DNA of 64,000 nucleotides, taken from IMG/VR virus record IMGVR_UViG_3300045988_107309; one strand, given 5' to 3'. The stretch comes from a virus. This document shows positions 1 through 9,895 of the stretch, in pieces. Positions within the stretch are counted from its first letter, which is position 1. Every line of letters begins with the position of its first letter. The position numbers were made by a program, and so were the translations under genes. The notes beneath the pieces were generated by a model, which saw only the letters and a list, made by a program, of their open reading frames with translations, made no database searches and was not told the origin of the DNA.

Positions 1-1
1 T

Positions 2-313
2 AATCTCACATACCAGATTGATTTCTGGTCGAGATATAAAGAAGATATAAACACTATGACACGAACATGGCTTATGAAACACTTCCGACAATTCAATCTG
101 AAAGTGATTGATGACGGAGGTGTTGAAAGGTCTTCTAATGTGTTACTTAATGAGAGTATGAAGTCTTCGGACTTGATTAAAAATCAAAAAAGATTATTCC
201 ATTCTGTAATTTCTTATGTGATATGGGTAGAATTAGATGACGAAGTAGGTTATAATGTTCACATGGTTGCAGATAGAGTGTTGAAAGCAGACTCTTCCGA
301 AAGTTCGGAGTAA
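2..313 (+). CDS. 3' part of a virion (neck/tail-completion-like) protein, truncated by the window edge
   Basis: The frame is open from nt 2 (NLTYQIDFWSRYKEDINT...) into the 56..313 ORF. It lies directly upstream of the sheath gene. Function is inferred from position only. Confidence 0.4.
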   Translation, partial: NLTYQIDFWSRYKEDINTMTRTWLMKHFRQFNLKVIDDGGVERSSNVLLNESMKSSDLIKNQKRLFHSVISYVIWVELDDEVGYNVHMVADRVLKADSSESSE

Positions 314-361
314 TTGCTTTAAGTTACTATTAACAGGTGATACTTGTAAAGGAGGAAGAAA

Positions 362-604
362 ATGTCCTACATCATTAAAAATATGAGTACTAATAGACCT
401 ATTGTTTGTACTCTCGGTGATGGAAAGACACTGAGATTGTTTCCGGGTAGAGAGAAACAGATTAGTGATAGACAGTACACCGGATATTTAAAAAATCTGT
501 CGGAACAAGAACTTCTGACAGTGAGAGAGGTTGTCGAAAGAAAGACACCTAAAAAGCCTACTGTTGAAAAGACAGTTGACAATAAAGAAAGTAAGGAGGA
601 ATAG
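362..604 (+). CDS. hypothetical small protein upstream of the sheath gene
   Basis: 80-aa ORF with an AAAGGAGG ribosome-binding site. No recognisable motif. Confidence 0.5.
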   Translation: MSYIIKNMSTNRPIVCTLGDGKTLRLFPGREKQISDRQYTGYLKNLSEQELLTVREVVERKTPKKPTVEKTVDNKESKEE

Positions 605-607
605 ACT

Positions 608-2047
608 ATGGATTTCAATAGACCAGACGTTTATATTCAAGACGTATCAACTGGTGCAAGTCCTATTCAGCAAGCAAGTTCCACAATCGGTATTCTGATT
701 GGTGCTATGAAAAGTGGTCCTGTAGGTGAGCCTGTTTTAGTATCATCTTGGACAGAGTTCATTCAGAATTTCGCAAACGGTCTTGAGACACCTTTTATGA
801 AGGACAGTGACCTTCCGTATTCTGTATATGGATTTTTTGCTAACGGTGGAAGTTCTGTGTATATTGTTCGTGTTGCTTCTAACACAGCAAAGAAAGCAAA
901 AGCCACAGGTACTTTAAACACTGGGTTACAGATTGAAGCAAAATATCTGGGAGCGATTGCACCTACCATTCAGATTAAGAAAAATGCTGACTGGGCTGAG
1001 AACACCAATGAGGTGTTTGATGTAATTGTTACTATGAGTTCTTCTGATGAAGGAGTGGCAACAATTACAGAAGTAACAAAAGATACCATTGTGGACGCTA
1101 TCAACAGTAACATTACCACACAGAACTGGATTGTTGCTAAAGCTGAAACAGCACTGACAAAATTGCAGGAGGAAACAATTACTCTTGCTGATGGAGCAGA
1201 TGGTATTGAAGATTTAGCTGACAGTAACTACATTTCTGCACTTGAGGTTTGCAGTACCATTGATGACGCAAGTTTCCTTGCTATTCCGGGGCAGACTTCT
1301 ACAGCAGTTAATGACGGAATTTTAACCTACTGTGACGCACATATGTTATTCCCGATTCTGGATATGCCGATTGGTTCTACTGTTAAAGAGACCAAAGAGT
1401 ACAGAAAGAGTATCAGTGCTTATGGCGGTTGTCTTGCTTATCCGTGGGGTGTTGTGTCTGACCCTCTTACGAATGGTACAAAGACAGTTCCAACAGCAGG
1501 TCATGTGATGGGTGTATATTCCAGAGTAATCGGTCAGCAAGGTATCAAGAAAGCACCTGCCGGAGTTGACGCAGTAGTTAAAGGTTTCCTGTCTATGGAG
1601 AAGAAACTGACTGACGCTGAAATGGGTCAACTTAACCCTGTAGGAGTTATCTGTATTGTTTCCAGAACAAATGCAGGTATTGTTATCTGGGGTGCAAGAG
1701 GTTTGAATCCGAAAGCGGATATGAGATATGTGACTGATGTAATCATCAATTACAATATCAAGAAATCTCTGTACACAGGAACACAGTTTGCGGTGTTTGA
1801 ACCGAATGATGAAACACTGTGGAGTAGAGTGACAGCTACTTGTCAAGACTTCCTTGAGACACTTCGTTTAAATGGAGTTTTGAAGGGTACAGCAGACCAA
1901 GCGTACTACGTTACTTGTGACGCTACAAACAACACGGACGCTACTATCAACAACGGTTTCCTCTATGTTGAGATTGGTTACGCTCCTGTTAAACCTGCTG
2001 AGTTTGTGGTTATCAAACTTGCTCATTCTATGACAAGCAATTCTTAA
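608..2047 (+). CDS. contractile tail sheath protein
   Basis: 479 aa. The N-terminus (VYIQDVSTGASPIQQASSTIGILIGAMKSGPVGEPVLVSSWTEF) and the size are typical of sheath proteins. The tube gene follows directly. Confidence 0.9.
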   Translation: MDFNRPDVYIQDVSTGASPIQQASSTIGILIGAMKSGPVGEPVLVSSWTEFIQNFANGLETPFMKDSDLPYSVYGFFANGGSSVYIVRVASNTAKKAKATGTLNTGLQIEAKYLGAIAPTIQIKKNADWAENTNEVFDVIVTMSSSDEGVATITEVTKDTIVDAINSNITTQNWIVAKAETALTKLQEETITLADGADGIEDLADSNYISALEVCSTIDDASFLAIPGQTSTAVNDGILTYCDAHMLFPILDMPIGSTVKETKEYRKSISAYGGCLAYPWGVVSDPLTNGTKTVPTAGHVMGVYSRVIGQQGIKKAPAGVDAVVKGFLSMEKKLTDAEMGQLNPVGVICIVSRTNAGIVIWGARGLNPKADMRYVTDVIINYNIKKSLYTGTQFAVFEPNDETLWSRVTATCQDFLETLRLNGVLKGTADQAYYVTCDATNNTDATINNGFLYVEIGYAPVKPAEFVVIKLAHSMTSNS

Positions 2048-2063
2048 TAAGGAGGAATAAAGC

Positions 2064-2540
2064 ATGAATAAGTTATACAGTATGTTTAAGGGGATTGCTT
2101 TAAACGCTATGGCTTCAAGGACCATTGAAGCTGACCCCTTGCAGTCTTTCATGTTCAAGGTCTCTATTCCGGGTCTTCCTACTGGTGTAGGCTTTCAGAA
2201 AGTTGGAGGTCTCAGTAGAGAGGTAGAGGTAGTTGAGTACTTTGAGAATATGTACGACCATGCACATAAACTTCCGGGTAGAGAATCTGTAAGTGAAGTA
2301 ACCTTTGAAAGAGGTATGTATGCAGATGACTACCTGCAAGGTATTTACGAGACAGTGTTTAACAATAACACAGTTCGTAATACAGTGGTTATCCAAGTTT
2401 GTGACAGATTTGGAAAAATCCGTAGAGAGTTTAAATGTGCAGAAGCATGGTTCAGTAAGTATGAATGTGCTGATTTGGACGCTACAAGCAGTGATGTAAT
2501 CATTGAAACGCTGACAATGGTATTTGAGTACTTCCTGTAA
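2064..2540 (+). CDS. tail tube protein (T4 gp19 / contractile-injection-system type)
   Basis: 158 aa. FKVSIPGLP..GFQKVGGLSREVEVVEYFEN resembles the gp19-like tube family. It sits directly after the sheath gene. Confidence 0.85.
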   Translation: MNKLYSMFKGIALNAMASRTIEADPLQSFMFKVSIPGLPTGVGFQKVGGLSREVEVVEYFENMYDHAHKLPGRESVSEVTFERGMYADDYLQGIYETVFNNNTVRNTVVIQVCDRFGKIRREFKCAEAWFSKYECADLDATSSDVIIETLTMVFEYFL

Positions 2541-2562
2541 TCACACAATAAAATTGACACAG

Positions 2563-2597
2563 AAACCTTCCTATTGCATTAGGGAGGTTTTTGTTGT
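2563..2597 (+). terminator. rho-independent terminator/attenuator after sheath-tube
   Basis: aaaccttcct / agggaggttt form a 10-bp stem (one G-U pair) with an 8-nt loop, followed by a T-rich run (ttgttgt). Confidence 0.65.
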
Positions 2598-2644
2598 ATT
2601 ATAGAGGTAGCAATTTTCAAATAAAAATAATGGAGGAATTGATT

Positions 2645-3487
2645 ATGGCATTAAAGAAAGCAAAAGACGAAAGTATGGCAAATGTTGTTGAGCAGATTGA
2701 GCAGGAGAATATCCGGCACTTGAATGATAATGTTGTTGATGAAGATGGCATTGTCAGAGACGAACCTCTTTTAGCAGGTATCGAATATGAGGGTGAACAC
2801 CTCAGAACTTTCTCTTACCGTGAAATGAATGGTAAAGATGAAGAAGCAATTAACAAGCCGGAGATTAGAGCGAATGGCGGTAGATTAGTCAATGTACTGT
2901 TAGAGAGAACAGTAATGGACATTGGTGGAAAGACCAGAAAAGAACTCGGTCCTAAAAAGTGGGGAGAGTTGATTAGAAAACTTCTGGGAGCAGACCTTGA
3001 CTACATGGCTATGAAAGTCAGACAGCTTTCAAAGGGTAATGAGATTACCTTTACTCACAAGTGTCCAAACTGTAAGGCAACTTTAAAGACAGTAGTAGGC
3101 ATTGACGAATTTGATGTTACACCTTTCAATGGAATGTACACATATCCTTTTGAATTGCCGGGAAGAGGTTACAGAGACTCTAAGGGAGTGATTCATAAGA
3201 CAGGTACACTCAGACAGATGAATGGTGAAGACAGAGAGATTGTGTTCCCTCAGTTCAAGAAGAATATGGCTTCTGCCACCACATTACTTCTGACTCGGTT
3301 AATGAGTTTTGATGACGGAACACCTGTATTTAATGACAGAGTGGCAGATATGAGTTTAAGAGACAGAGAGTACTTGCAGGAGTTAATCAAAGAAAATGTT
3401 TTCGGCATTGATACCAACCTTGAAATCACCTGTGATGTGTGTGGTGAAGACATTAGTGGACAGGTAGGTAGTTCTGATTTTTTCTAA
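2645..3487 (+). CDS. tail assembly chaperone (gpG-like position), zinc-ribbon containing
   Basis: The ATG at 2645 has a GGAGG site 8 nt upstream, whereas the track start at 2591 lies inside the terminator. The ORF sits between tube and tape measure, carries CPNCK...CDVCG cysteine pairs, and ends in a slippery heptamer. Confidence 0.6.
   Translation: MALKKAKDESMANVVEQIEQENIRHLNDNVVDEDGIVRDEPLLAGIEYEGEHLRTFSYREMNGKDEEAINKPEIRANGGRLVNVLLERTVMDIGGKTRKELGPKKWGELIRKLLGADLDYMAMKVRQLSKGNEITFTHKCPNCKATLKTVVGIDEFDVTPFNGMYTYPFELPGRGYRDSKGVIHKTGTLRQMNGEDREIVFPQFKKNMASATTLLLTRLMSFDDGTPVFNDRVADMSLRDREYLQELIKENVFGIDTNLEITCDVCGEDISGQVGSSDFF
3478..3484 (+). promoter_or_regulatory. candidate -1 programmed frameshift site (T TTT TTC)
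   Basis: An X XXY YYZ heptamer lies in the zero frame immediately before the stop codon. The -1 frame is open across the site and joins the 3487..3726 ORF. Confidence 0.55.
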
Positions 3488-3726
3488 TGGAGTTTGTTGC
3501 ATTTTTGGGGGAAGAGATATTGATTCTCTCCCCCATTGATGTAACAGTCATGGAAATTCATAATCTTGCTTATTTCTATCACTGGGGAAGAGAAGAACTC
3601 TGGAATATGCCATGCACTGAAAGAGGTGTGTGGAATGATAGAATAAAACAGCAGATTAAAGCCGAAAGTAAAAGTGGCAATAATAGTGGTAATACTCCAA
3701 AGTCTTCTTATAAAGAAAGTAGATAA
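3487..3726 (+). CDS. tail assembly chaperone, frameshift-extension part (gpT-like)
   Basis: 79-aa ORF in the -1 frame relative to the upstream gene. Its ATG overlaps the upstream TAA and it has no ribosome-binding site of its own. Confidence 0.5.
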   Translation: MEFVAFLGEEILILSPIDVTVMEIHNLAYFYHWGREELWNMPCTERGVWNDRIKQQIKAESKSGNNSGNTPKSSYKESR

Positions 3727-3746
3727 GAAGAAAGGAGGTTTACCTC

Positions 3747-6700
3747 ATGGATTTTGGTTTAGGTCTTATTTTGTCCTTCACCGATAATGCTTCTGCCGGA
3801 ATAAATAATGCGGCTAATCAGTTAATGAGATTGTCTCAGATGGCAGAGCAGTCAACATCACAGATAAATAGAATGGCAGACTTGACTGCTCTGAGTTCCC
3901 TCTCAGTTATGTCCGGGCAGTTAGGTGACACCTTTCTAAGTATGGGTACTTCCATTATGGGAGTATTTCAAAAGTTAATACAGGGAACGATTGATACAGG
4001 TAGCCAATTTGAGAATCTCCGTATTACAGTGAACGCTTTAACAGGTGACGCAAAGAAAGGTCAAGAAGCTGTAAGTAAGTTAATGAGTTTTGCGGCTAAG
4101 ACACCTTTTGAAATCAATGACCTGTCTGGTATGTTCACTACGATTACAGCTAATGGTCTTGACGCTTTTGGTACTATTAGAAGTGCTAAGAACGGATATG
4201 AGCAAGAGTTGATGGGATTCATTGGAGACCTTATGGCATTTAGACCAGATGTACCTGCTATGCAGTGGGGTACTGCTATCCGAAATGCCTTTTCTGGTGA
4301 AGTACGTTCTCTTAAAAATGCACTTGACGTTGATGTTACTGGAATCTTGGGAAGAGACTGGGGTGACACACCAGAACAGATTGCACAGGACTTTGCTGAC
4401 CTTGCTGACAATCTTGGTGTTGCAGGTCTTATGATGTCAAACATGGGTACATGGTCTCAGACACTCTCTAACGTGTCCGACCAGTTCACCAGACTTTTCC
4501 TTGCAGTAGCAGACGCAGGTGTATTTAATGATTTAAAAGCGGCACTGATGGGTGTAACAGAAGCCATATTTGAAATTGATGACGCAAGTATGGCTACTAT
4601 AGCGAAAGTAATTGCGGATAGTATAAGTTTTATTATAAAGCCTTTAGTGAGTGCAGGTAAAGCCATTGGTAACTTTATTAGATGGATTACGAAACTCACT
4701 ACAACACAACCTAAACTTGCGAAGTTTGTGATTCAGATGGTGGCATTTGCAGGTGTTCTTTTAACCTTAACAGGTATAGCACTTAAAGTAGTTTCCTCAT
4801 TGTCCGGTCTTGCCACTGTGTTTATTGCTATGGGTGGTAGCTTTGCTTCAATGAAGAGTATTCTCGTTGGAGGTTTGAAAGCAATCACCACAAGACTACT
4901 TCCATTAGGTCTTGCCATTGGTGGTATGTATCTTGCATGGAAGACAGACTTTGCAGGTATCAGAACCTTGATTACAGGATTTGTTCAAAACCTCTCAAAT
5001 TCATTTAGTACTGCCAGAAGTGCTATTGATATGAGTGTTGGTGGAATGATGAATGTAGTAACGAACCTACAGAGTAAAGGTGGTTTTTGGAATAACCTTA
5101 CTGTAGGTCTTATGAAATTGATGATAGTGTGTCGAGCCTTATCAGAATTGTGGAATAGTGAAGATGGATTTACGTTAAGTGAGGACACATTCTTAAAAGC
5201 GAAAGAGTTAGGGGTACTTCCTTTGATTGAAGCTATCCTTGACCTTAAATATAGATTCGGTTTATTCAAAGAAGGATTTATTGCAGGATTTAGAGAGGTA
5301 AGTGACAGTATCAAAAACTTCATCAGTGGTTTACAGACCAATCTTGAAGGAACATTTATTGACTCTGCACTTGATAAGCTGACCGACTTCTTTAGTCTTC
5401 TGTCCAGTGGTGACGCAGACGCATGGTATGAGTTCGGTAGAAGTTTTGGAAAATTTGCTACGAAAGCAGTGATTTTCTTTGGTGCTTTTAAAGTGTTAGA
5501 CAGTGTGTTTGGTAAAGTCGCAAAAGTAGTAGGTATTGTAGGAACATTAGCGAAAGCCTTTGGTGGTGTAGGTAAAGCTATCGGTGGTATTGGAAAGTTT
5601 GTTACTAAACTCTTCCCTACCTTTACAAAACTCGGTGGTTTTATCAAATCCGCTTTTTCTGTGTTAATGTCTCCGGGCAGTTTGACAAGTAAGTTGGGAG
5701 CAATCTTTCCTAAACTGGCAGGTATAGCTTCAAAGATTGTGCCTATCTTTACACAGACTATCGGACCTGCATTAGCAAATTTCGGAAGTACAGTTATTAT
5801 GCCAGCTTTGCAGAGTATAGGTAGTGCTATCGTAGGATTCTTTAGTGGTTTATCAGCACCAGTGATTGCGGCTATTGTTGCAGTCCTCGCACCTATTATT
5901 ACTTATGCAGTGACACATTGGGAGGAATTTAAAGCGAAAGTGTCTGGCATTTGGAATACACTGAAAGAAGAGGGAATGAATATCTGGAACTCCTTGAAAG
6001 ACGGACTCAGTTCTATCTGGGAGAATCTCAAGACAGCAGTTCAGCCAGTGATTGACGCTTTCTTAAATCTGAAAGACAAGGTTGTAGAAGTTGCCGGAAT
6101 GATTGGTAGTGCTTTTGGTAAAGTGAAAGACTTCATTGTACAGAAAGCACAGGAGATTGCAAGCAGTCCAGTGTTCCAAGCTATCATTGGTGTACTGTCC
6201 TCTATCGGAGAGTTCCTTGTTGATACTTTAGTACCTCTGATTCAAGGTGTTGTAAGCACAATTTCCACATTCATTCAAGGTGTGTGGAATGTCATTGTCA
6301 CAGTAGTTAATTCTATTGTGAACATTATAAGTTCTGCTTTAAGTGGTATTATGAACATCATCAGCGGTATTCTTGATATTATCGTGGGAATCTTTACTGG
6401 TGACTTAGATAGAATATGGCAAGGTGTTCAGAGTGTGTTTGGTGCTATCTTTAACTTTATTGGCACTATACTACAAAGTATCTGGAATGTGATTTCCTCT
6501 ATTTTCAGTGCTATTGTAAACACTATCGGTACTGCTTTACAAGCAATCTGGAATGTTGTACAGGTGATTTGGAACGCAATCAAATCTGTAGTAACTACTG
6601 TGGTAAGTGCGATTGCAAGTTTCATTAGTTCAGCATGGAATGGTATTAAAAACACCATTTCAAGTGTATTAAACGCTATCTCAAGTGTTGTGAACTCTAT

Positions 6701-7580
6701 CTGGAACGGTATCAAGAACGTAATATCTAATGTGGTAAATGGTATCAAGAATGTAGTGACTACTGGATTCAATGCAGTTAAGAATACAGTGACCTCTATC
6801 GGTTCTGGAATTAAGAGTGCAGTGTCAAGTGTGTTTAATGCAGTTAAGAACACAATCAGTAATGTAATGGACGGAGCAAAGAATATTGTATCTGGTGCAA
6901 TCAATAAGATTTCTGGTTTCTTTACAGGTGCAAATCTTACTCTTCCAAAAATCAAATTACCTCACTTTAGTATTAGTGGTTCTTTTAGTCTGAACCCTCC
7001 GTCAATTCCTCACATTGGAGTTGAGTGGTATGCTAAAGGTGGTGTGTTTGAGAAACCAAGTGTAATCGGTGTAGGTGAAGACGGTCAAGAAGCTGTTATG
7101 CCACTTGAGAGAAATACTGGGTGGATAAGTGTACTTGCTTCTAAAGTAGGAAACCTTATTAACAGTAACAGTTCTTCAAACAATACACTAATCAGCAGTG
7201 TAACAGGTGCGTTTACAAGTGCTTTAAGTGGAATCTCTTCCGCAGTAAGTTCTCTCACACCTTTCCTGCCGGAAGTAAGTGTGGATTCACCAGAACCTTT
7301 TAAACCTACTCCAACACCTCCTACTGATGGTGGAAGTCCTGTTGTTCCGGGTAACTATTACACGAATAACAACACGCAGACAACCACTCAAGGTGGAGAC
7401 ACAGATAATTCAGTAACCTTTAACTCTGGTGCTATTGTAATTCAAGCAAATGGAGCGTCCGAAGCAGAAGCGGAAAGACTTGCAGACCTTATCATGGATA
7501 AGATTGCAAGAAGACAGCAGATTAAGAAGATGGCTCACTACAAGAATATCAATGCACCAGACCCAGAGTTAGCTTATTAG
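3747..7580 (+). CDS. tail tape measure protein
   Basis: 1277 aa, helical and rich in Gly/Ala/Ile, with hydrophobic segments and periodic W-N-x-I repeats. It follows the chaperone pair. Confidence 0.9.
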   Translation: MDFGLGLILSFTDNASAGINNAANQLMRLSQMAEQSTSQINRMADLTALSSLSVMSGQLGDTFLSMGTSIMGVFQKLIQGTIDTGSQFENLRITVNALTGDAKKGQEAVSKLMSFAAKTPFEINDLSGMFTTITANGLDAFGTIRSAKNGYEQELMGFIGDLMAFRPDVPAMQWGTAIRNAFSGEVRSLKNALDVDVTGILGRDWGDTPEQIAQDFADLADNLGVAGLMMSNMGTWSQTLSNVSDQFTRLFLAVADAGVFNDLKAALMGVTEAIFEIDDASMATIAKVIADSISFIIKPLVSAGKAIGNFIRWITKLTTTQPKLAKFVIQMVAFAGVLLTLTGIALKVVSSLSGLATVFIAMGGSFASMKSILVGGLKAITTRLLPLGLAIGGMYLAWKTDFAGIRTLITGFVQNLSNSFSTARSAIDMSVGGMMNVVTNLQSKGGFWNNLTVGLMKLMIVCRALSELWNSEDGFTLSEDTFLKAKELGVLPLIEAILDLKYRFGLFKEGFIAGFREVSDSIKNFISGLQTNLEGTFIDSALDKLTDFFSLLSSGDADAWYEFGRSFGKFATKAVIFFGAFKVLDSVFGKVAKVVGIVGTLAKAFGGVGKAIGGIGKFVTKLFPTFTKLGGFIKSAFSVLMSPGSLTSKLGAIFPKLAGIASKIVPIFTQTIGPALANFGSTVIMPALQSIGSAIVGFFSGLSAPVIAAIVAVLAPIITYAVTHWEEFKAKVSGIWNTLKEEGMNIWNSLKDGLSSIWENLKTAVQPVIDAFLNLKDKVVEVAGMIGSAFGKVKDFIVQKAQEIASSPVFQAIIGVLSSIGEFLVDTLVPLIQGVVSTISTFIQGVWNVIVTVVNSIVNIISSALSGIMNIISGILDIIVGIFTGDLDRIWQGVQSVFGAIFNFIGTILQSIWNVISSIFSAIVNTIGTALQAIWNVVQVIWNAIKSVVTTVVSAIASFISSAWNGIKNTISSVLNAISSVVNSIWNGIKNVISNVVNGIKNVVTTGFNAVKNTVTSIGSGIKSAVSSVFNAVKNTISNVMDGAKNIVSGAINKISGFFTGANLTLPKIKLPHFSISGSFSLNPPSIPHIGVEWYAKGGVFEKPSVIGVGEDGQEAVMPLERNTGWISVLASKVGNLINSNSSSNNTLISSVTGAFTSALSGISSAVSSLTPFLPEVSVDSPEPFKPTPTPPTDGGSPVVPGNYYTNNNTQTTTQGGDTDNSVTFNSGAIVIQANGASEAEAERLADLIMDKIARRQQIKKMAHYKNINAPDPELAY

Positions 7581-7596
7581 GAAGGAGGAATTGACA

Positions 7597-8052
7597 GTGA
7601 GCAGAAAGTTTAATGCTAACAGTCCGGCAAAGACAAAGTGTTACTTTATCAACAACTCAACCAATGCAAAACTGGTATGTCAGTTCAATCCTACCAGTGT
7701 TCCTTATGAGAGGGAGTCAATGTTTAGTGACATTGACTCTCCCGGCATGAGTTATCCTTTAACACAGTATTCTGGTGGTAAAGTCAGAGAGTTTACAGTG
7801 GAAGTGTTTATGTATGATAAACCTTATAGTGGAAAGATTAACACAGCAAGGAAATTCTTTGAAGCACTTATGCCACCAGAATATAATACAAGCACTTTTA
7901 AAAAGCCACCTACGGTTACTTTTGCTTATGGTTACTTTGTTAAGGTATGTGTGCTGAAAAAGTTGAAAGTAAATGACGAGTGGCTTGACAGCTACGGTAG
8001 ACCTATTATGACAAGATTCACATTAACATTAAGGCAGGTGGGGAAAGTATGA
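7597..8052 (+). CDS. baseplate tube-initiator-like protein (contractile-injection-system tube N-domain-like)
   Basis: CQFNPTSVPYERE...YSGGKVREFTVEVFMYD resembles the tube-fold baseplate protein. GTG 7597 is 8 nt from AGGAGG; TTG 7591 is too close to it. Confidence 0.55.
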   Translation: MSRKFNANSPAKTKCYFINNSTNAKLVCQFNPTSVPYERESMFSDIDSPGMSYPLTQYSGGKVREFTVEVFMYDKPYSGKINTARKFFEALMPPEYNTSTFKKPPTVTFAYGYFVKVCVLKKLKVNDEWLDSYGRPIMTRFTLTLRQVGKV

Positions 8053-8345
8053 TGTACGAAAATTCAAGATACCTGCAAACACCATTGTACACAAGGAATG
8101 GTAACTCAAGTCCGATACTGAAAATGCGGAGCAGATTTAGTTTTAATATTGCTAATGCTACAGTGCATGAGTGGGTAGAAGGTGACACCTTAGATGGTGT
8201 TGCCTATAAGTATTATGGAGTATGTGCTTTAAGATGGGCGATTTTAGACGCAAATCCTAAATACAGGACAGAGTTTGATATTGAGTATGGTGACAGAATC
8301 TTTATCCCGGCTTATGATGAAGTCTTAGAAATCGTAAACGTGTAG
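8049..8345 (+). CDS. LysM-like tail protein (P2 gpX-like)
   Basis: 98 aa. GDTLDGVAYKYYG...W..ILDANP is a LysM-like motif, and the position is between tape measure and hub. Confidence 0.55.
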   Translation: MMYENSRYLQTPLYTRNGNSSPILKMRSRFSFNIANATVHEWVEGDTLDGVAYKYYGVCALRWAILDANPKYRTEFDIEYGDRIFIPAYDEVLEIVNV

Positions 8346-8355
8346 GAGGTGTTCT

Positions 8356-9195
8356 ATGTCAAGCTATAAAAATGGAGAACTTCTTGCAATCGAATATGGT
8401 GTATGGATAAGTGGTAAAAAGTTGGGAATGGATAAAAAGCAGTGTATCAATAACATTCAGATAACAGAGACAGTGGACGGTTCTGATATGTGTGTTATTA
8501 AGATTGCTGACCCGGAGTTTCTTTACATTGAGGATAATATCTTCATTGAAGACAACAAGATAAAAGTACAGTTAGGTTGGGTGGGAGTTTCCTACAGAGT
8601 TAAATTTGAGGGATATATCTCTGCTATTGATATTATCTTTCAAGAGAGTGGTCTTCCTCTTTTAACAGTTACCTGTATGGATAACACTCACTTAATGAAC
8701 CGGAAGAAAAAGAGTAACACTTTCAAAGACACCACCAGTGCAAAAGTGGTTCAAAAAATCGTGAAAGAATACGGTTTTAAGTGTGTGATTGAAAGTGGAT
8801 ATGATTTTGAGAAGCAAGAGACTATCACACAATCAGACCAGACGGATATTGACTTTATTACTCAGTTAGCAGGTAATGAAGTTTATCCATTTACAGCAAG
8901 ACTTGTGGGGAACACCTTTTACTATGTGAAGAAAGGTCACTTGGAGAATCCTAAAATGACCTTGACCTATTTAAGTTATCCGCATGACCTTATCAGTTTT
9001 AGTCCGAAGATTAACAAGGAATCTGCTCAAGTCGAAGTTGGTTCTTCTGTGGTTAAATCTTCTAACAAGAAGCTGAGTTCTACGAAGGTTACTTCTACAA
9101 GAACAACAGACAGTAAGACAAAGAACACTCCAAGCGGAGGTTCTTCCAGTGGTAAGACGTACACTTATGACCCTAACAAGAAAACGTGGAGTTAA
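8356..9195 (+). CDS. baseplate hub protein, gpD/late-control-D-like, N-terminal part
   Basis: 279 aa with hub position and length. It ends in a Ser/Thr-rich tail with the motif TYTYDPNKKTWS. Confidence 0.55.
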   Translation: MSSYKNGELLAIEYGVWISGKKLGMDKKQCINNIQITETVDGSDMCVIKIADPEFLYIEDNIFIEDNKIKVQLGWVGVSYRVKFEGYISAIDIIFQESGLPLLTVTCMDNTHLMNRKKKSNTFKDTTSAKVVQKIVKEYGFKCVIESGYDFEKQETITQSDQTDIDFITQLAGNEVYPFTARLVGNTFYYVKKGHLENPKMTLTYLSYPHDLISFSPKINKESAQVEVGSSVVKSSNKKLSSTKVTSTRTTDSKTKNTPSGGSSSGKTYTYDPNKKTWS

Positions 9196-9211
9196 AAGGA
9201 GGTGAGATTTA

Positions 9212-9880
9212 ATGGCTCGAAGTGGTTCAATGACCTATGACCCGACTACAGGTAAATGGTCTTCCAGTGGTGGAGGTACTTCTTCCTCTAACAGTAGCAG
9301 TGGTAACAAACAACCCTCTTCTGGAAGTGGTAATACAAAACCGTCCTCAAGTAGTGGTGGAAATATGACCTCAAGTAATTCTGACCCGAACTCTTCTACA
9401 GGTAGTGCGGAGAAGAAATACAACACGATTGAGTACAATATTCTCACAGGTCAGCTAAAGTTTATTGCTACACCAGAGACCATTAAACTCACAGCCGGAG
9501 ACACTGTAAAGTTGAATGGTTTAGGTAAGTATTTGTCCGGTCTGTATTATGTGCAAGATGTAACCAGACAGATAAGTAAAGAGGGATATTCCCATACAGC
9601 CACAGTTATTAAGACAGACTTTGGAAACTCTTTAAAGAAGACTTCTACAAGTACTGTGGATAAGAAAGTTCCAGAGAAGAAAAAGGAAACACAACCTGCT
9701 AAGAAACCTACACAGACTTCACAGCGTATTCATTACCTTAAAGCCGGAGAATGTTTGTGGAGTGTTGCTCAGAAATATTATGGAAGTGGGGCACAATATC
9801 CTAAGATTGCAAATGCAAATAATATCAGTCCATCACAGTATAGGAGACTTCCTATTGGTTTGAAACTGATTATCCCATAA
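9212..9880 (+). CDS. baseplate hub protein, gpD-like C-terminal part, with C-terminal LysM
   Basis: It starts with MTYDPTTGKWSS plus a Ser/Gly/Asn-rich linker. LTAGDTVKLNGLGKYLSGLYYVQDVT looks like a gpD C-terminus. The C-terminal LysM reads HYLKAGECLWSVAQKYYG...LPIGLKLIIP. Confidence 0.55.
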   Translation: MARSGSMTYDPTTGKWSSSGGGTSSSNSSSGNKQPSSGSGNTKPSSSSGGNMTSSNSDPNSSTGSAEKKYNTIEYNILTGQLKFIATPETIKLTAGDTVKLNGLGKYLSGLYYVQDVTRQISKEGYSHTATVIKTDFGNSLKKTSTSTVDKKVPEKKKETQPAKKPTQTSQRIHYLKAGECLWSVAQKYYGSGAQYPKIANANNISPSQYRRLPIGLKLIIP

Positions 9881-9895
9881 GGAGGTGAAATAGAA

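Noticed and set aside
2591-2644. Upstream alternative starts offered by the ORF track (for example 2591, 19778, 22487, 45559, 49447, 31863 and 61931)
   Set aside because: These extensions run through terminator hairpins or promoters and lack ribosome-binding sites. Downstream ATG or GTG codons with GGAGG-type sites were preferred.
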